From assembly GCA_963555815.3 (NCBI GenBank), contig CAUVWX020000001.1, positions 160,001 to 224,000 of the forward strand: 64,000 nucleotides of DNA. The letters run 5' to 3'. Of the stretch, positions 57,546-64,000 are shown one piece after another. Position 1 is the stretch's first letter; each line of letters opens with the position of its first letter. A model generated the notes under the pieces. That model was not told the DNA's origin, searched no databases, and saw nothing but the letters and a program-made list of their open reading frames with translations. The stretch is from a bacterium (lineage in GTDB: Bacteria > UBA8248 > JACPRG01 > G963555815). Both the position numbers and the translations under genes were made by a program.

Positions 57546-58601
57546 TCAGCCAACCCTTGGGACGAGCTGAAGGCGCTCTCGTCTTCGAAGGCGTTTTTCA
57601 ATTTCCAGGGCAAGGCGATCGATGTCCCGGTCGCTCCTGATCTGGGCCCCATGGAAAGCCCCCCGCTCAAACCGGACCTGAAAGGGTCTGGATTGCCGCT
57701 CAAGCAGGCCCATCAGACGGTCCATGCGTCCCTCCAGGCCAAAATTCCTCGGCGCACCGAAGGAGTGCATCGGCTCTCTTAAATCCCCGGCGAAGGGGTT
57801 GAGCTCCCTTGGGACAATCGCCTCCCCCCGGTGAAGAAAGGCCAGCATGTCCTGCGGGACGAACGGCGTTCCCTGCTGGAAAAAGCCGCCGATGATGGGG
57901 ATCTTCTTCACAAACTTTGTGACAGGGTCCAGGAGTTTGTCGAGGAACGGGATACCGCCGCCTCCGCCTGACGCGAATGGCGCGGTCCCTGGACCCGCTC
58001 CACCCGTTCCCATGGCCGAGAGGACCTTTATCAGAAGTTTGATGGCCTCCGAGGTGGCGAACTTGATGACGGCCTTCAGCATGGCGTCCATGGCCTCCTG
58101 CCAGACGTCCTTCATGCTGTTGGTCCCCTTGATAAGGTCAAAGATGCCGTTGTTGATCTCCGTAAAGGTCCTTATGCCAACTAGCGCCATGCCCTCGTGG
58201 AGCTTGGCAAATTGACTCTCAAGACCCTTAACAAAGCCTCCCGTGGCATCCGTGAACTGGGACCACAGGAAGCTCTGTATCTGAAGACTGGTTGCGGTGG
58301 TCTCCTGGGCCTTCTGGAGGAAGGAGAGGTACTCCTGCTCTCTCTGGCACTCCAGGGTAATCTCATTCGTGAGCGTATCCAGGCGAAGCCTGGACTCTTC
58401 CTGGGCCTGAGTGAATGCGTCCCTGGAGGCTGTCTCAATCTGCCTGAACCCGGCGGTGAGCTCCGGGGTCATCCCCGAGAATTCCCGCCTGACCCCTTTC
58501 AGGCTGCGCCTAAACCCCAGGGACCCCTCCTGCAGATCCCGGAAGGCCGCCTTGGCAATCCCGGCGTCCGCCACGATATCAATCTGAATGCGGTTCGCCA
58601 C
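57546..58601 (-). CDS. Short phage tail tape measure protein (351 aa)
   Basis: N-terminal RIQIDIVAD, helical core, C-terminal FQQGTPFVPQDMLAFLHRGEAIVP; directly downstream of the TAC pair. Confidence 0.8.
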   Translation of the reverse strand: MANRIQIDIVADAGIAKAAFRDLQEGSLGFRRSLKGVRREFSGMTPELTAGFRQIETASRDAFTQAQEESRLRLDTLTNEITLECQREQEYLSFLQKAQETTATSLQIQSFLWSQFTDATGGFVKGLESQFAKLHEGMALVGIRTFTEINNGIFDLIKGTNSMKDVWQEAMDAMLKAVIKFATSEAIKLLIKVLSAMGTGGAGPGTAPFASGGGGGIPFLDKLLDPVTKFVKKIPIIGGFFQQGTPFVPQDMLAFLHRGEAIVPRELNPFAGDLREPMHSFGAPRNFGLEGRMDRLMGLLERQSRPFQVRFERGAFHGAQIRSDRDIDRLALEIEKRLRRRERLQLVPRVG

Positions 58602-58652
58602 CTCTTCTCCCCTGCGAATGCCACGATCGGATCAGGCCGAGTGTATGGATAT

Positions 58653-59021
58653 TCAGGAGACAAACTTTTGTTTGTGAGCGGCTTCCGTGAGCTCAGTTCT
58701 TTTTCGCCGCTCTGAGAGAAACCGGTGGATCTCCATAAGCCCACGAAGAAATTTCTGTGCCTCCTCCTCGGTCAACCGAAGGCTGAGAACGTCGAAGATG
58801 AGGTCGGGGGCCCACCCCAAGTCCCGGGCGAGGTCCGTCGAGAGAAGCTCATAGGCCTCAAGGGCCCTTCGGTCGGTGACGGACAGAGGCGGAAGTTGAA
58901 AGACCGGACAGCGGGGACAGTCCGGCTCAAAATCCACTTCTTCCTCTGAAAGTTCCTGGCAGTTGGCGCAGCTGACCCGGGGATAATCTAGCCGGACCCC
59001 GAGCCACCTTCGGAGTTTCCC
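58653..59021 (-). CDS. Tail assembly chaperone T part, reached by -1 frameshift (GT fusion about 238 aa)
   Basis: -1 frame ORF opening across G GGA AAC; CANC...CPRC motif; ends just before the tape measure gene. Confidence 0.75.
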   Translation of the reverse strand, partial: GKLRRWLGVRLDYPRVSCANCQELSEEEVDFEPDCPRCPVFQLPPLSVTDRRALEAYELLSTDLARDLGWAPDLIFDVLSLRLTEEEAQKFLRGLMEIHRFLSERRKRTELTEAAHKQKFVS

Positions 59022-59368
59022 AAGGGGTTCTCCTCTTTGGATGAAACCCCCAGGAGACACCGGGAGACGACCCGGTTCAAGACAGAGGGCGGAAGAAGAA
59101 ATTTATAGGCCCGCTCACAGGGGATTTCCTCTTCCTCTTTCCCGACGACCCCTTTCCAGTCCACGATGCAGTGATCGATCCAGTCCTCCTCGACCCCCTT
59201 CTGGTCCACCTCCGGGGTCTGGACCCCGCCGGGCTGCCATCGCGTCTGGGTGTGGCGCGTCTCAATCTCCCGCATCACCCTGCGGCTCAGCCTGCGGCAG
59301 ATGAGGACACTCTCTTCAAAGGGGACCTCGAACTGCTCGTCCTCGTCGATGATCTGAAGCTTGCCCAT
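58988..59368 (-). CDS. Tail assembly chaperone (gpG-like)
   Basis: IVDWKGV...EIPC motif typical of TACs; ends LGN at the slippery site; GGGGAGG RBS. Confidence 0.8.
   Translation of the reverse strand: MGKLQIIDEDEQFEVPFEESVLICRRLSRRVMREIETRHTQTRWQPGGVQTPEVDQKGVEEDWIDHCIVDWKGVVGKEEEEIPCERAYKFLLPPSVLNRVVSRCLLGVSSKEENPLGNSEGGSGSG
59015..59021 (-). other. -1 programmed frameshift heptamer G GGA AAC
   Basis: X XXY YYZ in the TAC reading frame, with upstream GAGGAG and a downstream 9-bp stem. Confidence 0.8.
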
Positions 59369-59397
59369 CCCGCTGTCCTCCCCCGATGTACCAGAGG

Positions 59398-59425
59398 CAA
59401 AAAGAAAGGGCCCCTTTCGGGCCCC
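59398..59425 (-). terminator. Intrinsic terminator in the late-gene leader
   Basis: GGGCCC-GAAAG-GGGCCC followed by TTTCTTTTT on the minus strand, between the promoter and the TAC start. Confidence 0.7.
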
Positions 59426-59442
59426 CGGTCGCGTTTCATCGA

Positions 59443-59483
59443 ATCTAAGCTTAGATATATGTCATACACTTATGTTTTGTCAA
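59443..59483 (-). promoter_or_regulatory. Putative late promoter with operator
   Basis: TTGACA (59478-59483) overlapping the upstream stop, imperfect AT-rich -10, palindrome ATCTAAGCTTAGAT, 12-mer shared with the 60830-60841 promoter. Confidence 0.6.
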
Positions 59484-59920
59484 GGGCCTTTTTTGTAAGT
59501 CTCAGTGGAACAATTCATTAGCGGGAGCCAGGAGCCGTCGCGGGTGGCGCGGGGTCGAAGGCGGCGGCGGTGGAACTCGGCCTCCGTCTTGTCGGCCGCC
59601 CCCTGATAAAGGCGTTTCAGCGTCGAGTGGTGCCTTCGAAAGGAGCGTTCAAGAGAAGACCAGCTCCGTGGGGCCTCCCCCGGGACGGGGTGTCGGCCCC
59701 AGAGAATCTCGGACTCCAGGGGAGAGCAGATCACAGAGACGGCCCGCTGGACCTCTGCGCAAAAGAGGAGGGCCAGGGGCTCTCCCCGTCTCTTTCTGGG
59801 CGGACCCCCCAGGCGGGGATCAAGGGGCAGCGGGGGGGCGAACGCCACGTGCGATCTCTCCTCCCAGTAGCGATCAAAAATCGCTTCCAGATAGCCCTGC
59901 GCTTCTTCAAGACGTCTCAT
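59480..59920 (-). CDS. Putative late-gene regulator (Q antiterminator / RinA-like, C-terminal HTH)
   Basis: RSWSSLERSFRRHHSTLKRLYQGA resembles a sigma-r4-type HTH; sits directly before the promoter and terminator. Confidence 0.5.
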   Translation of the reverse strand: MRRLEEAQGYLEAIFDRYWEERSHVAFAPPLPLDPRLGGPPRKRRGEPLALLFCAEVQRAVSVICSPLESEILWGRHPVPGEAPRSWSSLERSFRRHHSTLKRLYQGAADKTEAEFHRRRLRPRATRDGSWLPLMNCSTETYKKGP

Positions 59921-60161
59921 GGGGAAGCTCAGCTCCTCCCTCTGGCCCGGGGGAGCAGGGAATGTAAATTTTGAGAAGGGGCCCTTCCATATAAGTCGGA
60001 GGGGTCTCCGGTGAACGGCATTCAGCCCTTTCCCGCCGGGTCGGAGGCCGTCGGGTCGCCGAGTGGCCGTTCAGACAGAAAGGGACCTGATAGCTCCGTC
60101 CCCCGTCCCCGAGGACGAAGGTGGAACCGATGGGGGCCCCGCACCTCTGACACCGCTTCAT
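59907..60161 (-). CDS. Small Zn-ribbon-like hypothetical protein
   Basis: CQRC...CLNGH; overlaps the next gene's start. Confidence 0.55.
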   Translation of the reverse strand: MKRCQRCGAPIGSTFVLGDGGRSYQVPFCLNGHSATRRPPTRRERAECRSPETPPTYMEGPLLKIYIPCSPGPEGGAELPHETS

Positions 60162-60185
60162 GGCCAGCCCTTTCAGACTTCCAGC

Positions 60186-60738
60186 TCAATCGGTCTTCTG
60201 TGCCAGACCTCCATCCGCCGGACATGGCCCTCGAGACCGGCCAGATCTTCGCAGACTCCCCTCATAGGCCTCGCGGCCCACGCCAAAGAGGGCCGCCGCC
60301 TTCTTAAAGGCGTTCGTATAGGCGCCTTTCAGGGCGTCCGCCTTGAGCGAGGGAGGAATAGCCCCCGAAGGAGGACCGCTCGGCGATGGGCAAAAAGCCT
60401 CTTTGGCCAGGGTTTCCCACCTGAAGTTTCAGTCTCACCGTGGCCTCAAAGAGACATTTCCCCGCAGAGGTTTTCCGCTCATCGATCGAGATCACCTTGC
60501 CCCTCACCCGCCAGCGGGAAGGACCCAGAACCTCATTGAGACGATTGACGATGTACTGGTAGAAGAAGCCCACCGTGTCGTAGGGCCTCCCGGTCTCCGA
60601 AGCCTTCGTCCTTTCGATGGCCTCAGACGAAAGGGGCAGGGCCAACCTGCGGTAGGCCTTGTCCAAGAACTTTGCCGTGAGGGTCCCATTTGGGGAGACG
60701 ACCCTTCCCGATCTTCGCAGATTGCCGGTCTCAGCCAT
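60186..60738 (-). pseudogene. Rad52/Rad22 (Sak-like) single-strand annealing protein, frameshifted near 60345-60358
   Basis: YIVNRLNEVLGPSRW in frame 0; the conserved DALKGAYTNAFKKAAALFGVGREAY lies in the +1 frame, ending at TGA 60186. Confidence 0.75.
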
Positions 60739-60808
60739 TACCGTCTATCCTCCCAAGATGCCAGAAAAAAGCCCCAGAACCCCCGTTTCAAGTGGGGTGC
60801 GCTGGAAG

Positions 60809-60900
60809 GCTTAGATAAATATAAGTATAATACACTTATGTCAATAGGAAAATTAACATAAAAGCCACTTTATTTTGTCTAAGGACGTGCCTTATATTAA
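60809..60900. promoter_or_regulatory. Divergent AT-rich switch region between repressor and SSAP operon
   Basis: Minus-strand TTGACA (60839-60844); inverted repeat ATAAGT-N7-ACTTAT; motifs shared with the late promoter. Confidence 0.65.
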
Positions 60901-60927
60901 GGGGCAAGAAAAGAGGGGGAGGGACTC

Positions 60928-61545
60928 TTGGAAGACTCGCTCGGCCAAAAGCTCCGAAATATCCGGGAAGCCCAGCGGATGAGCCAGGGAAGACTTGAGG
61001 AGCTCACTGGGATCGACCGGAACTACATCAGCCGCATCGAGAACGACCACGTCGAGCCCAAGGCCTCCACCCTCACCTCCATCTGCCGGGGCCTTGGGGT
61101 ATCCCCCTCGGTCCTCTGGGGAGACGAGGAATCTCCCGGGGAGGAGGGGAACACTCCTGTCGTGGGCCATGTCAGCGGGGGCGAATCAGAACACCTTTGG
61201 GGAGACGCGGACCTCCCGACGGGGGAAGGGTTCGTCCTCCTTCAAGATCCCTACTCCTCCCATGACCCGAACACCTTCGCCCTGGAGATCCGGGGGGACT
61301 CCATGTCGCCTAAGTTCGACCAGGGGGACCGGGTCATCGTCGCACCCGGGAAGGAGGCCCGAAGCGGCTGTCTCGCCGTCGTCCGGACAAAGGAGGGAAA
61401 GTCCTATTTCAAGCGGGTTTTCTTCCGGGGAAATGACGTCATCCTAGAGAGTTTTAATTCCGCCCACGGGCCCATCATTCTGAGGAAGCGGGACATTCAC
61501 TTCGCCTACCCCGTCATCTGCATCATCCCGCGGGACGCCTCCTGA
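60928..61545 (+). CDS. CI/LexA-like repressor: XRE HTH plus S24 peptidase domain
   Basis: LRNIREAQRMSQGRLEELTGIDRNYISRIE HTH; GDSM catalytic Ser; YFKR Lys; VGHVSGG cleavage-site region. Confidence 0.9.
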   Translation: MEDSLGQKLRNIREAQRMSQGRLEELTGIDRNYISRIENDHVEPKASTLTSICRGLGVSPSVLWGDEESPGEEGNTPVVGHVSGGESEHLWGDADLPTGEGFVLLQDPYSSHDPNTFALEIRGDSMSPKFDQGDRVIVAPGKEARSGCLAVVRTKEGKSYFKRVFFRGNDVILESFNSAHGPIILRKRDIHFAYPVICIIPRDAS

Positions 61546-61557
61546 AAGGTCATTCCC

Positions 61558-62004
61558 TTAAGCGCTCTCCGACCCGATCCCCCGGATTCGCGACCAGATC
61601 CCGTACACGAAGAGAAAGACCCCCAGGGCCTGAGCCACCCCGGAAAGGGCCAGGAGCCCCCCCACAAATCCGCCTCCTCCGCCTACGGCGAAGGGTTCCA
61701 CAAGGACCCTCAGAACGAGTCCTCCCACGACCAGCCCGTAGTTCCAGGAAGCCAGGACCGGGTCATAACGGCGTTTCCCCTCAGGAAAGCGCCCCTTGGC
61801 GAGAGGAAACATCCAATAGGCCACGCCCATCACCATGAGGCTCAGCCATCCGACCAGAGCCACATGGGTATGGGAAATTATGAAATGACGAGGGAGGAAT
61901 CCCCCTCCAAATCCCTGGTGAAGGAGGAAAGCTGCCCCGGATAGGAAGGTGAGAAGGAAAAATATCAAACTCGTCTTAATGAAAAGTCGTGAAAGGCTCG
62001 GCAT
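61558..62004 (-). CDS. Four-TM membrane protein (heme-copper oxidase subunit I-like fragment / NnrS-like)
   Basis: HTHVALVGWLSLMVMGVAYWMFP motif; AGGAGGAG RBS before ATG 62004. Confidence 0.6.
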   Translation of the reverse strand: MPSLSRLFIKTSLIFFLLTFLSGAAFLLHQGFGGGFLPRHFIISHTHVALVGWLSLMVMGVAYWMFPLAKGRFPEGKRRYDPVLASWNYGLVVGGLVLRVLVEPFAVGGGGGFVGGLLALSGVAQALGVFLFVYGIWSRIRGIGSESA

Positions 62005-62139
62005 TTCTTTTCTCCTCCTGCTGACAGGTAACTCCGTTTTGGCAGTCCCCAACCTGCCTCTTGACAAACGCGCCTCACTCCGTTACCCAACAGATCCCCC
62101 TCCTTCTTTCGGGGTTCTCCTCTCGGTGGGTAAAAGAAG

Positions 62140-63495
62140 GTGACCATCGATCTTGTCATTCGAAATGGAACCATCGTCACGCCAGAGTTGACCCATCAAG
62201 CCGCCATCGGGGTGAATGGGGGCCTCATCGTGGCCATCGGCGAAGAGGGCCGAATGCCCGAGGGAAAGGCCACTCTGGACGCCAGCGAACTTCACGTCCT
62301 CCCGGGGCTCATCGACGCCCACGTTCACTTCCGAGAGCCCGGCCTCGAATATAAGGAGGATTTCTCCACCGGGAGCACGGCCGCCGCCTGCGGGGGCATT
62401 ACCACCGTGGTTGACATGCCCAACACCATCCCGCCAACGGCCGACGTGGACAGTTTCCTCCTGAAGAAAAAGCTCGGGGAGCAAAAATCGTTCGTCGATT
62501 TCGCCCTCCTCGCCGTCATCCTCCAGACCAACCTCAACCACCTCATCCCTCTCTACCAGGCCGGCGTCATCGGTTTCAAAGTTTTTCTAGCGGAGACGGT
62601 CGGAAACCTCCCCCCGCCCGATGACAGGACCCTTCAGGAGGCCTTTCGCATCATCGCCGGGACAGGCCGCCGGACGGGGATCCACGGGGAATCCTGGTCC
62701 ATCGTAAACCGCCTCATGACAAAACTCCAAAAGGAAGGCCGAAAGGACTCCTTGGCCCACGTGGAGAGCCGCCCCCCCGCCGCCGCCCTTGAGGCCGTCA
62801 ACCGCGCCATTCGCTACGCACGGGAAGCCGGCATGAAACTTCACGACTTCCATGAAGGGTGTAAGGAGGTCATCGATCTCATCCGGGAGCACAAAAAGAG
62901 CGCGGATGTGACCTGCGAGACGGCGCCCCACTATCTCCTCCTGGCGGCGGAGGACATGGAAGGACTCGGCAATCTTCTTCGGATCAACCCTCCCATTCGC
63001 CATCGCGGACACCAGGAGGCCCTTTGGGAGGGTTTGAGAGACGGGACCATTGACCTGATCGCCACGGACCACTCCCCTCACACGTCCGAGGAGAAATCCA
63101 GGGAGAACATCTGGGACACCCCGCCCGGATTTCCGGGTGTCGAGACCAACGTTCCCCTCATGCTGACCCAGGTTAACGCGGGCAAGCTCACCCTCAACGA
63201 ATACGTCCGCCTCGCCTCTGAGCGGCCCGCCCAGGTGTGGCAGATGTACCCCCAAAAGGGCAACATCGCCATCGGCGCCGATGGCGACTTCACCATCGTG
63301 GATTTGAACCAACAAAAAACCCTTCGCGCCAAAAATCTTCACTCCAAGAGCAAGATCACACCCTTTGACGGATGGAAGGTCAAGGGGATGCCCCGATACA
63401 CCGTCGTTCGAGGAAATGTTGTGATGAAAGACGGGGAGATCGTCGGGCCTCCGCGGGGCCGCTGTGTCCATCCGGCGGACCACCGAGGCGATTAG
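62140..63495 (+). CDS. Dihydroorotase/allantoinase family cyclic amidohydrolase
   Basis: PGLIDAHVHFREPG, DMPNT, ETAPHYL, NPPIR, ATDHSPH. Confidence 0.9.
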   Translation: MTIDLVIRNGTIVTPELTHQAAIGVNGGLIVAIGEEGRMPEGKATLDASELHVLPGLIDAHVHFREPGLEYKEDFSTGSTAAACGGITTVVDMPNTIPPTADVDSFLLKKKLGEQKSFVDFALLAVILQTNLNHLIPLYQAGVIGFKVFLAETVGNLPPPDDRTLQEAFRIIAGTGRRTGIHGESWSIVNRLMTKLQKEGRKDSLAHVESRPPAAALEAVNRAIRYAREAGMKLHDFHEGCKEVIDLIREHKKSADVTCETAPHYLLLAAEDMEGLGNLLRINPPIRHRGHQEALWEGLRDGTIDLIATDHSPHTSEEKSRENIWDTPPGFPGVETNVPLMLTQVNAGKLTLNEYVRLASERPAQVWQMYPQKGNIAIGADGDFTIVDLNQQKTLRAKNLHSKSKITPFDGWKVKGMPRYTVVRGNVVMKDGEIVGPPRGRCVHPADHRGD

Positions 63496-63532
63496 GAAAC
63501 GTCAGAGGATAGCAATCAGAAATCAAAAAAGG

Positions 63533-63566
63533 AAAGGCCCCGAAAAAATCTCCGGGGCCTTTTTCT
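63533..63566. terminator. Bidirectional intrinsic terminator
   Basis: AAAGGCCCCG-N10-CGGGGCCTTT with A and T tracts, between convergent genes. Confidence 0.75.
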
Positions 63567-63639
63567 TCGAGTCGAGGGCTGGATTAAGCGAAATTTATCC
63601 CTCCACGCCCTCATGCAGGACCTAGGCTCAGAAGACGGC

Positions 63640-63852
63640 CTAGCTGCTGACCTTTACCACATTCACAGCTCTTGGGCCCTTGGCGTCCTGTTCGATATTG
63701 AACTCGACGGTCTCGCCCTCGGTAAGGGTTTTGAAACCCTCCTGTCCGTTTATGGCTGAAAAGTGGACAAAGACATCCTTGCTGGCATCTTCCGGGGTGA
63801 TAAAGCCAAACCCCTTCGACTCGTTGAACCAGTTGACGGTGCCACGTGCCAT
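63640..63852 (-). CDS. Cold-shock protein
   Basis: [15 protein letters not shown] (RNP1), DVFVHFSAI (RNP2); GGAGG RBS. Confidence 0.96.
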   Translation of the reverse strand: MARGTVNWFNESKGFGFITPEDASKDVFVHFSAINGQEGFKTLTEGETVEFNIEQDAKGPRAVNVVKVSS

Positions 63853-64000
63853 ACTCTCTCTCACCTCCTCTCTTCCTGAGTCAGGAGTCCTCTCTTGTCA
63901 TGGCACGTCTTCGGACCCGTCATAAAAAAACCGCGAACCCCACTTCCAGGGCTCGCGGCTCACTTACACTTCGGACGACCTCGAACCAGCACCCTGACAA

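Larger units (their letters stand above)
55281..61545. mobile_element. Compact phage-derived module (repressor, SSAP, late regulator, TAC, tape measure, terminase); no capsid or integrase
   Basis: Contiguous phage-type genes between gcvT and a membrane-protein gene; boundaries inferred from gene content, no att repeats seen. Confidence 0.8.

Noticed and set aside
55262..61560. attL/attR direct repeats or an integrase for the phage module
   Set aside because: No shared repeat seen at the two borders, and no recombinase ORF or tRNA nearby
1..64000. CRISPR array, rRNA, tRNA, IS transposase
   Set aside because: No regularly spaced repeats, RNA gene signatures or transposase motifs seen; nearly all sequence is explained by coding genes

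Overview
High-GC chromosomal window from a Gram-negative-type bacterium (lspA, lipoproteins and outer-membrane barrels present; taxonomy cannot be fixed from sequence alone). About 57 kb is housekeeping or metabolic: agcS-type symporter, MMPL/RND-LolA-like-OM barrel operon, sugar ABC transporter, msrB, ftsK, comDE-like decarboxylase, argH, korAB, ndk, degP-like protease, polX, mgtE, hflX, M16 peptidase, thiolase, type III PKS-YceI, lspA-ileS-trpS-S2P-tRNA nucleotidyltransferase, nfeD-stomatin, rluD, gcvT, a dihydroorotase/allantoinase-family enzyme and a cold-shock protein. The standout is a compact ~6.3 kb phage-derived module (55281-61545) between gcvT and a membrane-protein gene. It holds a CI/LexA-like repressor, a frameshifted Rad52/Rad22-like annealing protein, a putative Q/RinA-like late regulator followed by a promoter plus leader terminator, a tail-assembly-chaperone pair with a clear -1 slippery site (G GGA AAC), a short 351-aa tape measure protein and a terminase. 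It has no capsid, portal, tail tube, lysis or integrase gene and no att repeats that I could see. It may be a piece of a dispersed gene-transfer agent or satellite, an anti-phage decoy module, or a decaying prophage. Also seen: probable non-canonical starts (ATC for hflX, CTG for gcvT), two unannotated small ORFs and a DtxR/MntR-like palindrome. No rRNA, tRNA or CRISPR array was found. All family calls come from motif recognition by eye, not database searches.
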